Assembly (NCBI GenBank): GCA_964016885.1
Contig: OZ024742.1
Coordinates: 347,696,001-347,760,000 of the forward strand
Direction of reading: 5' to 3'
Source: Eledone cirrhosa
Lineage: Eukaryota
Length of the DNA stretch: 64,000 nucleotides
Position 1 is the stretch's first letter; every line of letters starts with the position of its first letter. Shown here one piece after another: positions 34,501-48,630 of the stretch. The notes under the pieces were generated by a model. The model was not told the DNA's origin. It ran no database searches and saw only the letters and a list, made by a program, of their open reading frames with translations. The position numbers and the translations under genes are program-made.

Positions 34501-37500
34501 ACTATTGTAATAAACTAACATATAATTTTTGATGTGATGCAGTCATAGTGCTTTTTCGTACTTTTCAAGAATGTCTCGTTAACGTGGTTTTATGTGGTAC
34601 AGGATGTTGAGAGTTAATTCAATCTATCTCCTTATCAAAAAGAGTTGATAATAATCACCAATTCCAACAGTAATTCAATATCTATATTTTCCTGATTTCC
34701 ATTTATCTACAACTTTACTAATAGATAGCTATTTATGTATTAAATTCATGTAAAATATAGGTTAGTGACAGGAAGGATATCCAGTGGTACAAAAACTGGC
34801 CTTAATGTCTTAGCCAACCCATGCCGACATGGAAATGCAGGTATGGTGATGATGATTAATCATTACTTCAGTTGTCTTCAGGATAAAATGTTTTCAATGT
34901 TTTTATAGTTTAGGGTAGAAATGTTTGTAGGTTTGTTGTGCTCACCACTTTGCCATAGAAGTTTAGCTGATGATATATACATATATATATATATAACACA
35001 TGCTGGCATGGAAGATAGACATTAAATGTCAGAAAATATAATTTCAGATGAACTGTGAACTTGGAAACATTAAAGAAACTTTTCAACAAATAAAATAAAA
35101 ATTGGCTGAATAACAGACTAACAATTGTTTTATAATATAGCAAGGTTTTGATACAAATAGAATTCTGATGACAGTAAGCTAACTGATATAATGAAACATG
35201 TAGTGATATAGAAAATGAAACAGTAGCTGTATTTGCTGAATTAGCACAAGATATTAGAAAAATTTTGTTTAATTTGTAAGTTTATATTTAACAAAGATAG
35301 TGAATAGGCCAAGTTGTTAAGGGCATTAATCCGGCGCTTTGGGTTCAAATAACACTGAGGATAATTTTGTTTTTTGTCATTTCAAGGTCAATAAGTACCA
35401 GTTCAGTACTGTGGTTTATTCTTCTTCTATAGCTCTTTTTCTCTTCCTCTTTATCACTTCTCTCCATCTCTGAAAGAAATCGGCTGTGTTCTGACCTGGA
35501 AAGGGATGGGTCCCACCAGGTCTAAAATTCCCTAGACATGCCGTGTATTAGGAAGGTGCATCTATGACTCCATCAGGTGTTATGGTGTCCTTTACATCTA
35601 ACACCAATTATTCCATAGTATCATATATCATAGGCAACTAAATAGTTGGCAGCAGGAAGTGGCAAGAGCCGATTTCAAAACATTGGACATCACAGATGAC
35701 GAAGAGAAGCTGTGTTGGAAAAGACAAATTAATGCAACCATGGAAAAAGGATGACGATGAAAGACATCCAGCTGTAAAACATTGCTTCAAAAAGGACCCA
35801 TGGGGCTTGCAAGACTAGTTCCCTACTTTGGTAGGAGAAATGGCAAGTTTTTTTTTGTTTGTTTCTTTTTCCTTCTATTTACGCTTTGATTTTACCTCGT
35901 TAACCACAAAGTTTATAGAAACTAATGGGGAATCCTCTATGTAGCTATTTGATTAGCTTGAAAGAACAGTTCGATTGCTCTCAAATCATACTGTGCCATC
36001 TCAGCAAAGGACAGGTTGGATAATGTGGTCCTTGGTTCTCTGCACATAGGTAAAAGATAGGATTGTCATGGCTGGAAAGCCTTTGATCATAGGTTTGTTT
36101 CATTGGGGGTCCACCTGGATCTAAACAACAACCTGTGTACAGTCACTCATAGTAACCAAAACACTCAACAAATGGTATGCATGAAGACATCCTCCACCTG
36201 TTTGATGGAAACATTGAAATCATTTTAAAATATAAGATTGAAATAAACTGTCAAATTACTTATATTGTCATTCAAATTTTTCCCCCTTTTTATGTTTATG
36301 CATGGTTCCTTAACTCCTTAGGGAGCCATAAGAGTGCCATAGTGGCATACAGTGTTTCTAGGGCGTTGTTTTTAACCTGGCGGAGCCCAGGTCTGAATAC
36401 AGCAGATTTCTTCCTGGGAAGGATAGGCCGTAAGAAAGAGATAATAAGAATCGACCTCAAATAGATGAAAGGCAACTTAGATTGCAGAGAGCTGAAATGA
36501 ATACCGCAAAGCACTCTATCCGATATTCTAACGACTCTGCCAATTTGCTGCCTAAGAAAAATCAAAATAGTGAAATAATTGTTGAACACTTGCTGGTAAT
36601 TTGAAGAAAATTACTTTGTTTTTATATCAACTCAGTCAAACATGGGTCTTGTCTTATGAAAGAAAGCCACCTGTTTTAAAGGATTCCTATTTAAATTAAA
36701 ATCTTTCAATATAATTTTATATAAGAATCATATTAAAAACTATGTTAGTAATGAAATAATTTTAGTAAATCCCAAAAATTCTTCATTAATTGAAATACTG
36801 TATTTCATTAGACATATAGTCATGAGAGGGTTAATGCAATGGCTGGGGGGGGGGGGGGGGGGGTTGGAAGATTGTAAACTATAAAATAGTTAAATGTGAA
36901 ACTGGTTTGTTGTAAATTACATGTTATAGTGGTGGGCCATGTCTGTTGTTTACAAGTGTCCGGGGATAATTTTGCGAAGGAAGATATCATTTAATGTCCA
37001 TTTTATACACTGGGACCAATTCAAGATCTGATATAAAACAGGTGGGATAACCATGTCTTGTTCAGTGTGATCAAATTGTAGGAAAGTTGGTGGAGGATTT
37101 TTGTATTGTTTGTTAATGGATGTAAACCTTTGTCTTATAAGGCTGTCATTGCAAAGCCATTAACTGGAGATGCTGTGAAACAAATCACCCTTTTGTTATA
37201 TTTTTAATAAAAGACATTGCCCATTATTTTCAAATCATTTTGAAAATATTAAAAACAATTGGATAGATTTTATGGTCAAAACCAAGCAACAGGAGACTCT
37301 TGGGCAGGTCCTGAGTAAGATGGTTGCATAACATTCACAAGCTTGGCTAGTCTTGCTTAGGGATCCATCCAGATCAGTTGCTTCTGACAGGACCTGCTGG
37401 AGGGAGAGTTTGAGGACTCTGCCCCCATGGCCCTCTCAGGAATAAGTAGACGAAGAAGAAAATTGGAAGTATTTAGTAATTATGTATATAGTTTTTGGAG

Positions 37501-37558
37501 CATAATAGCTGTTTACAACACTAAATACCAAATATATATTGTTTACAACATTCATTAA

Positions 37559-38548
37559 CCCTTTAGTGTTCAAACCGGCCGATAACGCTCACACTAAAAT
37601 ATCGTTCTAAAAACAAACCATCATCAAAATCTCAATTCGATAATTACTGCTAGATTAGGCCCTTACCACGAAAATTAACACTTAATATAGTGAAGCAACT
37701 TAAAACGTCTTTTTTTTTACATTTAAAGAAGAACAGATTTTTTGTTTATCAACATGGCTTGTGAAAGTAGCGATACCGACTTCGGAGGTTCAGAATGAAC
37801 AAGAAACAAAAGATAATGTTAGTGATTTATCTTCGAATGAATCAGATGTTTACATTTCTGAAATTTCATCCGACGATGATTGTTGTTTTGGAAATGAAAA
37901 CGGAGATCTCCAGGACGCCATTGAAAATATTACAGCAACGTATGTTCCCGATTTTATTCAAAATACTGGTCCACAACACACATTAGCTCCCGATGCTAAA
38001 GCACTGGATTATTTCTTTTTGTTTTTACCACAAACTTTCTTTGCAGTTGTGGCAGAAGAGATTAATCGATATGCCCAACAACAGATTTCAAATCGAGGAA
38101 AACCGGATCTGTTTGGCGACCGACAGTTGCTGCAGAAAAGCAAGCATTTTTTACCGTAAATATTATGTTCGGTATAAAACAATTTCCAAGACTGTGGAAT
38201 TACTGGAGCACTGATATAAGGTTTAGTGATCCTTATATATCAAGTATTATGCCGAAAACAACGTATTTAAAATTAAACCAGTATTTGCCGCTGGTTGATA
38301 CTTCAAATACCCCTATTAATTAATTTCACCAGCCCATAAAAGTCAAATTTAACCAAAAAAATTTGGTGAAATTATATAATTGTAAATTATTGATATTTAA
38401 ACATCTACTGACAAAATTTCAAGCCTGCACATAGAAAATTAAGAAAATTACAAACAAATAAAATTGATAACCCTCTTGAGTATGATTAACTCAAAATAAT
38501 GCGAACAGATAAGCATGACATTTGAAAATTAATGCAAATGCTAAAGGG
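37559..38548 (+). mobile_element. Internally deleted piggyBac element (990 bp)
   Basis: TTAA on both sides; TIRs CCCTTTAG...CTAAAGGG; transposase N-terminal remnant inside. Confidence 0.88.
37754..38300 (+). pseudogene. piggyBac (PGBD4-like) transposase N-terminal remnant, frameshifted
   Basis: Acidic N-terminus, ALDYFFLFL...EEINRYAQQ, then (after a frameshift) KAFFTVNIMFGIKQFPRLWNYWSTD...IMPK...LNQYL. Confidence 0.82.
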
Positions 38549-38841
38549 TTAAGGAAACTATTTTTTAAAAATTATATCATGGAATATTGCTTGTGTTAAT
38601 TAACCATATTCTGATGTCAAATTTACTAAGAATTTATCTGAAATTGTTGCAATCAACATTATTTTATGTTCATTTTCCATTCTGGTATTAGTTGGACAGT
38701 TTATCATGGTTCATCACTTGACTGGTTTGATAGCCATATCTTGTTCATACATTCTGTATTTTAGCATGCTTTCTATGGCCCTTCACTAGGTGCATTTTAT
38801 CATAATACCAGCACTACCACTTTATAGAGTTTACAGGGTGC

Positions 38842-38880
<39 letters not shown>

Positions 38881-39134
38881 TGCAAACTTGGGAAAATAGT
38901 CGTTAAATGATGATGATGATATTGTTTTTTACTATTTTACATATTTCAGTCAATGAACTGATGCAATGTTGGGCCACCACCCTCAGAGGCTTTAGTTGAT
39001 CATATTCACCCTTGTTCTTCAGCCCACAAATTATAAATTTCTATTTATTGAGTTGCTAGATTACAGGTCATACAAGTACACAAAAATAAACAACAAAGAT
39101 GTACCAATACACACAGTCTACTATCAATCAGTGA

Positions 39135-39355
39135 AGACATGTGGCTAGGCTGTTGGAATCATTGTTATAAGGGCTCGATTACTGGTGAGGGCAACACGTT
39201 CTTGAGCAGAATGCTTCATTTCATGTTGCTTTTCATAATAGGACTGGGGTCATCTATCATTAAAACACTCAAGAAACTTCCTATGATATACAACCTTGTA
39301 GTAGCCTAAATCTACATAGGTGTGAGCTATAAATTTTATTTTTCATTTCATTTAT
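39135..39355 (+). mobile_element. Old tRNA/CORE-type SINE (related copies near 41170-41410 -, 42020-42245, 52140-52350 -, 54880-55095, 62150-62430)
   Basis: Decayed tRNA head, TTCTTGAGCA..., ATAGGACTGGGG...AAACACTCAAGAAAC...CTACATAGGTGTGAGCT...TTTCATTTCAT. Confidence 0.65.
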
Positions 39356-39736
39356 TCAGTTGACCGTTACTGGTCTGGACAAGAGTAATTTGAGGTTGCA
39401 GTATAAGCTTTTGTCAGGAACTTGTAATTGTAAATACATGAAATCTATTTGTACGTACTTTGTATATAATTATATGCTGCATATATTTAACCCCAGTTAT
39501 ATTACCAAATCTTTCCAAATTCTTGATTATTTTCAACATTTTTTGGCTGTGTATTTCATTAGAAATATTGTAACAAAAGAGTAAAGCTCTACACAAATGA
39601 AAGTCTTGAGTTGTCTGGGAATCTTTTAAAAGGACAAAGTATAATATTTCATGAAGAATTTGGACTAAATTATGAATGCCTTGTAGTGAAGGTTACCTTC
39701 ATTTTTTAAGCTTTTTTGACACCAAAACTGCCCATT

Positions 39737-39902
39737 TTAAACTCTTAACATCCTTAATAATTTCACAGAAAATATTTTAAAACAGTTGTGAAAAATCTAC
39801 AGTATTACAATAAAGACTTTACTATTTGTCATAGTGCTGCTTTATACTTTACAAATATGTTTTTCTAAATGCTGCTTGATGTAGTACAGGACGTTGAGTT
39901 AA
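39737..39902. mobile_element. TTAA-flanked MITE (CTCTTAACATCC...GGACGTTGAG family; fragments also near 34560, 43260, 58992, 62527)
   Basis: Imperfect TIRs with TTAA ends; ends recur elsewhere in the window. Confidence 0.5.
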
Positions 39903-40926
39903 TGTTCAAACCTATATTAAAACCTTATGTCATAATTTTATAAAAAGTCCTTTTCTTATTGAATCTTCAGTTTAGTGTTCCTGTCATGAATCTTGGGTAT
40001 TGATTGAAAAAATAAGATCCTGAATACAAGCAGCCGAAATAGGGTTTCTCTAAAGGGTTTTTGGAGTAATGAAACTTGATAGATTGCATAGCTTGAAAAT
40101 CAGGGAATTGCTTCTGGTAGAGCTGCTACTTTTTCCAAATTGAGAGATCAGGTCTGGTACTACAGACTTGTGGTTAAAATGTCTAAGTAAAAAAAATCAC
40201 TGGATAGATTTTACAGGCAAAGCTAACTGGCAGGGGATCCAGAGGTAGACCATGAGCAAGCTGGTTGGATAACATCCAACTGGCTTACTCTGATAGAACC
40301 TTTTAGAAGGTATGTCTGAGGACTCTAAGGGAGCAAAGAAATATAACTTTTTCTCAAGTAATGTTTCAAGCACCAGCTTGATAAAAAAAAAATTATTTGG
40401 TGAGATGATTACAATTGAGATGTTGATGTTCTGACATAACTGACTTTAGATATCTAGTTTTGAAAATATTATAATTTCTTGAGGTGTGTGTTGTGTGCGC
40501 ATGCACACAGGTGTATCTCAGAAAATTTGAATATTATGCTAAAATTTGATATTTGTTCTCAGGTTAAGTCGGAATAGTCTACTTGCCTGTATGCTTATGT
40601 ATGTATATCATCCATCATCATGTGTGTATATATCACAATGACCAAACATTCATTAAATGTTGTATACACACATGATGATATATTCATAAACATACACACA
40701 GGTGTTTCTCAGATGACTATGTGCAAATATAGAAAAACAGACATAAACTAAACTATTGATGATGATGATGATATACAACAGGTTATGGCTATGATAGATG
40801 ACAAATAGTGGGATCAATTCCAAAACTATGTTTTCTAAGCAAGTTTCTTAGCTACAGTTATACCATAAAACCTAATCTATAGAATCAACTATGTAATGTT
40901 TCTCCTCCAGTTCTTCATATTTACTC

Positions 40927-41030
40927 TTTTGATAGCAAATCACCTGAAACTGGCCCTGGTTCTATGATACAAACTGTTTTGATAGCAAATCACCTGAAAC
41001 TGGCCTGGTTCTATGATATGAAACTGTTTT
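40927..41030. repeat. 50-bp tandem duplication inside a MITE end
   Basis: TTTTGATAGCAAATCACCTGAAACTGGCC(C)TGGTTCTATGATA..AAACTG present twice. Confidence 0.85.
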
Positions 41031-44000
41031 AAAGTGTTAATATTTAAAAAAAAAAAAAAAAACTTTCATCATAATTTTATGCTAGAAATTTTGTCATATT
41101 TCAAACATCTTAATGAGAAAGTACACTCTTCAAATTCTTAATTACTTTCAAAATTGATAATTATATCCTGTTGTAAATTTAAATGAAATTTAACACTGAC
41201 ACTTATGTAGTTTTAGCTGATCTCTTATGATTCTATGAGGTTGTATCTCATAGGTTTCTCAAATGTTTTGATGATAGAGCTATTCAGTCCTATCATGAAA
41301 GCAACATGAAATGAAGCATCTTGCTCAAGAACACAATACACTGTCAGATCCAGGATTCAAACCCATGACCTTATAATTGTGAATCCAACACACTAACCAC
41401 TGGACAACAGTACCTCCACTGAGTCCACCACCCCAACCATTGGGCCACTGTGGATAATAACTAACAACTTGTTCACCATTTACCTCTGTCACTCCAGTTA
41501 ATGAGATCAATAGAATTCATTTGTTCTCTATTATCTCTATTTACTCATGTCACCATATTCTTGTCATTGCTTTCTATCATCAGTCATTGTGACAATGCTT
41601 TTATAGAGTTGCTGTTTTGTCTACATGTTGATGATGCTTTCATTGTTTTCTCTTTCAAAATCATACTGTAATGTATGATGTATATTACACAAGTACACTC
41701 CAGGGATGGATTATAAGCCCTATTGATCACACCTAGGTGTTTATGGATGATGGTTGTGTGTGTATATATATATCCATCATTTAATGTCTTTTTCCATGCT
41801 GGCGTAATGTTTGATGGGTCGTCAAAGACCTATTTGGGAACATAATCGGTACTCTTGTCCTGCTAGGTCATGTTCTACCTACTATTGGTATGATGTCTAT
41901 CATAAAAGAAGAAAAGGGGTGGAAAAAGTTCAGAGAGCTATAACTTAAAAAGTTAGGGTTGGTATCAAAGGAGGACAAATATAGTTAGGGTGTTCTACTC
42001 CTGGACTGGATGGTATGTTGTGTCCTTAAACAAGATACTTTATTTCACATTGCTCCAGTCCACTCAACTGAAAGGAAAATAGAGTACCGGCAATGACAGA
42101 ATGTTAACCTCTGCAACAAACTGATATCTGGTCCAGTGGGTCTGTTCATGATAGGACAGGAACCCATATCATTAAAACGCCCAAGAAACCTATGAGATAC
42201 AACTTAGTATAGTATGAAGCCAACTAATCCTACATAGATGTGAATGGTACCAAGGAGTGCATACAGCTGTAAAGATGTTCCTTAAAAGTCTCATCCAACA
42301 TGAATGGTGATGCATTCTTGTTCTCTTATTTTATCGAAAAACCTTCCATCATAAATTTTATGTCAGAACTGTTGTTCCAAACACCAGTTTAATAATGATG
42401 AAGTTAATTATATTACTAAATCCTCCAATTTCTAGAATATTTTCAAAATGAATTGAAAATCAGATATTTTTTTAAAATTAAAAATATGGTAATGAAAGGA
42501 ACACCCGAGAAACCTATGAGATGTAGTCTTTGCATAAGTGTGAGCTATAAATTTTTTTTTTTTTTTCCATTTCATTTTATTTCTACAAGCAGGGAAAAGC
42601 GGACGTAAAAGGATGATGATGATTGTACACCCTAGAGCATTTAACAAGTTTTTTGATTGTCTGCCAAAGTTAGAGTAGATATTTTGATATCTCATTCTTT
42701 TGCAAGTATCTCTATGGTACAGTGTGGTTCACTTGCAGTATTGCAATTTATCTGTCTAGTCATAATTTATCTGCCCATCCTGTATTCGGCAAATGGTTAC
42801 TGTTTGTAAAATAATCTCTATGATGTGTGTGTGTATATATATATATATATATTGCCTATTATTTGATCAGTCTTCTCGAGGAATCTGTCAGTTTTATGTA
42901 ATATCTCTTGCGTCAGTCATGATGTGGTAACCTGCAGACAATCCTAATGCATAAGGAAAGAATTCCCTGGTACCTAGCCAACTAACTGCTCACTCTATAT
43001 TCCTGCTGTCAAACAGGAAAGAAAATATCAAAGAAAATACTCACATTGTGAAACAACTGTGTGTGTGTGTGTGTAATTTTTCTTTCTCAAAAAATCTAAT
43101 GAATGAAAACCGGAAGAAAAATTTTATGAAAATACCTTCTAGGCATTTTCTATTGTCTTGGTTTTTTTAATTCAGTTGATTTCACATCAGAAGACATTAA
43201 TAAATTTTCACAATGATCTGTCTGCTAGTAAAAATATGAAATATTTTTTGTTAAATGATTACAGGATATTAAGAGTTAACAGTATTTCTAGCAGAGTAGA
43301 AATATTCAAATAGTCCATGTCTTATGCCGAAGCATTGCACTGGCCAGTTTTCAAGTAACATTACACCTTAAATACTGCAGACTATTATTAGCCATGTAAG
43401 TATTAGCTCTAGTTGGTTGTGTAGAGTTTGAAGTGTGGTGTTGTATTATTACAGCAAGAAATCCTGCAGTGACTGCTGATGAGGAATGAATTGAGAAAGT
43501 TAGTTTGTGTAATGTTGATACATGAGACAGATCTTTAATATGACTAGCTAGATTAGTGGTTCCCACTTTGTTCAGCTTTATTTAACTCCTTCATTTCCAT
43601 ATTTCTTAGGAACAATTTTCAAATTGTTTCGAGAAGAATCAAGAATTTGGAGGGAATTTGTAATATAGTTAAGACCCATCCAATGCATGCATACAAGACT
43701 ATTCAGAAAAGAAACAGGACTGGGGTCATAAAAAAAACCTTAAAATGGCTGCAGAGCTGAGATCGCAGTTATATATTCCATCACACAGTGATACAACCTG
43801 CTAATCCCTACCCCACTCATAGTTCACACAGCACCCAAAGTCCTGTTACTTTTCTGACACACCTCATAACTGGAAAAACAGACGTAAAACAATGATGATT
43901 AGATAACTGGTAGTTTGAAATATAGAATTTTCGATTCACATTTGTAATTGAATATTTGTACTTCCCACGTAATACTTTTGTTGAGATTTACATTTGAAAC

Positions 44001-44940
44001 TGTTTTCTAACTTGTGTCTTAGAAAACATTGGTAATATTTTACTGAAGAAACCTTATACAGTCAGTTTTGAAATAATCCTCATCATAGATATCAGTTTCT
44101 CGGTGATTACTTTGGTTTCTCAACATCACATTCTTTCCTGATAACATTCGAGAATTTAAAAAAGTAAATTCAGTGATATTTAATAAAATAAAAATAGAAA
44201 AGTTTTATCTTCGTAAGATGTGTGTTTTACAAGAAATAGTAGTAGATCTGTGCCATCAATACTGGTTTTGAATTTAGGCACAAGGCCAGCACTTTTGAAA
44301 AGAAGAGTAAGTTGATCAAATCAATTCCAGTAACTCACTGCTACTTTTATTTTATCGACACAAGAAGGATAAAGGCAAATTCAACCTCTGGGATTTGAAC
44401 TCAGAAATCTTGCCATGACAAACATTTTAAATTATTTATTTATATATATATATGGAAAATAATGACTTCACTTGTAGTTGGTATTCTAAACAATTTAATT
44501 TTATAATTTTATGTAGATCTACATAAAATTAGATTGTTTAGAATACTAACTACAAGTGAAGTAAGTAATTTTCTTTTTTTTTCCAAACATACCTAACTGT
44601 ACCAACAATTTCACACATTTTCCACCTCGTGTGTGAGAGAAGGGGAGAAAAAATAATCCATATTTTGTATTTGTATAAACTATGTGTATACAGACATGTA
44701 GTTCCATCTATGAGCCATAACAATGAATATTTCTCATCTGAACTACAATGTCTTAGATTTAGAAGGAACAGTGGGGAGTATGTGATGTTAATGCCTTTCT
44801 CCCTAATATTTGTGACATAAGTGAAATGATATGGCATCAAACAGGACAATAAAGACACAATACAATTGATTCTCAAATATCAAAGTTCAAATCAAAAACA
44901 GAAAATTTTTGTAAGAAATTGGAATATAATATGTATATAT

Positions 44941-45391
44941 TGTTATACTTTGGGAGGGTCATGTTGCCAATAAAATCACATGCATCTGTTTGTTTTCACC
45001 TCAATCTATGATAAATTTCTAGTTGGTTGGTTTGATAACCAGAAGGTTGTTTATATTTTGTCAAATCAGACACACAGATAGAACAAACAACCAACTAGTG
45101 ACAAGTAAATAAACACATGAATAAATAAATAAAAAACACGGATGCAACGTATGCGCAAACTAAGCACACAACACACACAAACAAGATGGTGTAGGACAGA
45201 ACAAAGGAGAGACACAAAATAAAAGCCTAGTCACTGAGGAGGCCACATAATGTGTGACGAAAGAGCTTTGACAATATATAAACAACCTTCCGGTTATTGA
45301 ACCGACCAACCAGAAATTTATAATAAATTGAAGTGAAGACCAACAGGTGCACATGTTTTTATTGGCAGCATGACCCTCCCAAAGTATAACA
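44941..45391 (+). mobile_element. Penelope-like pseudo-LTR remnant with ~125-bp inverted arm
   Basis: 44941-45065 is the reverse complement of 45267-45391 (roughly 80-85% identical by eye); hammerhead core immediately upstream of the right arm. Confidence 0.65.
45230..45272 (+). ncRNA. Degenerate minimal type I hammerhead ribozyme
   Basis: GTCA-CTGAGGA-G(GC CACA TAA TGTG TGA)C-GAAA-GAGC-T-T-TGAC: stem I GTCA/TGAC, core CUGANGA/GAAA, short stem III; stem II is imperfect and H17 is U. Confidence 0.6.
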
Positions 45392-45434
45392 GTTTTCTGA
45401 CACACCTTTTCAGATAAGGAATCTTGCAAAACGA

Positions 45435-45465
<31 letters not shown>

Positions 45466-46864
45466 TCACTCACTCACTCACTCACACACACTCTCTCTCA
45501 ATGCTATTGCCATGCTGGCAATAGTTAGAACCCAGGACATTGAGATTGGAACGTGAATTTCTTATTGTAGCGACATGACTGGGCTAGGAAACACATTGTG
45601 TGTGTATATGTGTAAAATTATGAAGATTTACAGAAAGCTGTATATAAATATACAATCGCACATAGTATATTATTATGGTTTATTTCTGCTGGCAGACTTA
45701 TAGATTTATCTACTGTAAAGAAACTAATTTACTATTGCGTTAAATAAAATACTGAAAACAGTCTAACCTACACAAATGAGGGCTAGAGTGCTGGGATCAT
45801 AGTTGTAATTTTCATTTTGTTTCACATGTGAATATATTTTTAAGAACTATGAAACCAGCAACATTGTAAAAATATATTTTATTATATTTATTCTTATTTT
45901 CTGCGCATGGTTCCGACTTTAAAAAAATTATCGGTCATCTACTACATATCTCTCAATGCTTCATATTAACTACACTATATTTTATTATATTTATTTTGCC
46001 GAGTTACAGTCCTTGCCATTCTGAGTTCAAATCCCGCCGAGGTTTACTTTGCCTTTCATCCTTACGGGGTCGATAAAATAAAGTACCAGTAATGCACTGG
46101 GTAATTACTGGCCTTGTGCCAAAAGTAGAAACAATTATATTTATTTTGCCAAAGAAGACATGAGGTAGATGTGTTGTTGGCATAGTATTTTTACAATTTA
46201 TGTCAGCATGGGGGCTCGAGTGTTAAATTGCTTTGACTATCCACTCATATATATATGTATATCATCATCATCGTGGCTTAACGTCCATTTTTTGTGCTTG
46301 CTAAGGGTTAAATGGCTTGTCACTTATGAAACCAGTCGGGGGTCACCCCATTTTGCTCACACAGAACTGTTGTTGGCTTAGTTTCTATGGCTGGATGCTC
46401 TTCTTAATGCCAGCCACATTACAGCGTGGACTGGGTGCTTTTTCATCATGTCACCATCATGACCACTTTACAGAGTGAACTGGGTGTTTTTTTATTTGTG
46501 TGTGTGCATTTATAATTATCATCACAGTTTAACGTCCATTTTCTACACTAGCATGAGTTATCTATCCTGTTGTGAGACAAGTCAGATCAGGTGACTGTTT
46601 TTGCTCATACAGAACTCTTTGGATGTCCTTCCTAATGCCAAACGCATTTACAGCGTGGATTGTGCTTTTTATCGTGGTACCAAAATGACTAACTGACGTA
46701 TGTGTGTCATGCTAGTGTGGAAAATGGACGTTAAATAGTGTATACAAATTATCAAAGTGTTGGATAATTAGAAATTCTTTAGAAAATGTGGGAATCCTAA
46801 GCACAGAAAATAACTGTAATAGTCAATTGATATAAATAATAGCTTAGAATATTGGTTAAAATAC

Positions 46865-47065
46865 ATCTAGGGACAGTAAAACCAACCGACAGGAGACCCA
46901 GAGCAAGATGGTTGGATAACATCCATGAGCTTGGCTGGTCTCACTTGGGAATCCAGCCGAATCATTTGGAGACTGTTGCTTCTGACAGAACCCACTGGAA
47001 GGATTATTTGAGGACTCTGCCCCCACAACCCTCTCAGGAATAAGTAGACAAAGGAAGAGGACAGC
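46865..47065 (+). mobile_element. RTE (Rex3/Expander-like) 3' end fragment; related decayed copies near 37270-37460 and 40010-40330
   Basis: RRPRARWLDNIHELGWSHLGI...DRTHWKDYLRTLPPQP*. Confidence 0.7.
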
Positions 47066-47149
47066 AACAATTGATCAGCTGCTGGCCACTTTTTTTGTCC
47101 AGTATTTTATCGAAGTTATTAATTAAAGCAATTGATTGTTGTATATTAT

Positions 47150-48050
47150 TATGGAGACTGGAATGTCTTCAGGCACTCACAGCCCTTAACCAGTCGGGTG
47201 CTGTGATCGGTGGAAATTCCACATTGGCGTTCTATAGAAGGTGAGTAGAGGGAAAGAGCGATGGTGTCCTTGAGGAGTCTCTGGGCATCAATGAAAATCA
47301 ACCAGCCAATCTCTTCGGAAGAACTTTTGGAACAGAGCCATGGACAACTTCCAGAAACCCCTGGCCTGGCAGTGCTTTGCCAGTTCAGGACAAACTCTAC
47401 AGGCATGGCAGTGTCATCAATCTGGGTTCTGTCCGAGTTGCGCACAGGACGACAAAACCGCTCTGCACACACTCGAGTGTCGAAGTATTACTGACCTATG
47501 GGTTTGTCGAGCACCTGGTGTCGCGTTGTAGGACGGATCCAGCTACCAACTGAGTCCATTGTGAAGATCACCCTGCTGTCTTCCTTTAGAGGAGGAGGAC
47601 AGGCAGTTTTTATTTGCCTGGTGGCCATGGCGAAAACGGTCGTGTGGTGGATGCGTTTGAAAGGGTTGCAGACAGCTATCTTCCTCTTTGGTGAAGCCCT
47701 GATTAACTTTTTCAGAGTTTACTTGAAGAGGAAAATCAGGGTGGAGAGGGAAGTGCTGCCTTCCAATTAGTTTGTTGAAAGGTGGGTGAGATTGGCAAAC
47801 ATGGTCCGTGTGAATGGGACTGCCTTGAGCATACACCTGTAGATTAAAATAGAAAGACTGGGAGAGGGCACTTTGCCCTAGCGGACAAGGTGATTGTGGC
47901 TTTTGTGGGATTTCTACATGAGTGACCCTTAGTCTCCTCAACTTTGGGGAAGTTATGTTTGTTTTAAATATTTAATTTCTTAGTCTCTTTTATACATTTT
48001 ATTTACACCCCCCACACACACCATGTGTCGTCTTAATGTGAGCCCTGTGT
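47150..48050 (+). mobile_element. L1/Tx1-clade LINE ORF2 C-terminal fragment (decayed)
   Basis: Across frameshifts: DNFQKPLAWQC..LPVQDKLYRHG..CPSCAQDDKTALHTLEC..DLW..MAKTVVWWMR..FVERW (zf-RVT-like CCHC). Confidence 0.72.
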
Positions 48051-48055
48051 AGAGG

Positions 48056-48630
48056 GTCAGACGCCATGAATTGCAGCATAGAGTTACGGCCCTTTATGAT
48101 CCGAGTTCAAATCCCGCCGAGGTTAATTTTGCCTTTCATCATTACGGAATCGATAAAATAAAGTACCAGTCATGCACATGGGTCGATTTAATGGATTTTC
48201 CCCCTCCCCCCAAAATTGCTGACCTTGTGCCTATATAAGAAATTATTACTCTTATGGTGGATTGGCAGAATCGGTAAAGCATTGGACATTATGATTAGTG
48301 GCACTTTATGTTCTGGGCTGAAATCCCGCCGAGGTTAGCTTACGGGGGTCGATAAAAGGACCAGTAGGGGGCGATTTAGTCAACTTCCCCTCTCCTAAAA
48401 TTGCTGGCTTTGTACCTATAATAGAAATCATTAGTGGATTGGCAGTATCGGTATAGTGTCGGACGCCATGCTTTCCAGCATAGTTACGTCCCTTTACGAT
48501 CTGAGTTCAAATCCCTCCGAGGTTGACTTTGCCTTTCATCCTTACGGGGTCGATAAAATAAAGTACGAGTAATGCACTGGGTAATTGCTGGCCTTGTGCT
48601 TAAAGTAGAAACAATTATTATTACTATTAC
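48056..48630 (+). mobile_element. Three tandem tRNA-derived SINEs with GCCTTTCATCCTTACGGGGTCGATAAAATAAAGTACCAG domain
   Basis: Three successive GAGTTCAAATCCCGCCGAGGT...GCTGGCCTTGTG units; other copies near 46010-46140, 55640-55855, 44250-44410 (-). Confidence 0.78.

Noticed and set aside
36177-36589. Overlapping 95-97 aa ORFs
   Set aside because: No splice signals or homology recognised; they partly overlap a decayed SINE head
36845-36863. Poly-G run as a regulatory G-quadruplex
   Set aside because: Isolated homopolymer with no supporting context
43470-43500. CTGATGAG hammerhead-like core
   Set aside because: No stem II or flanking stem I pairing could be found
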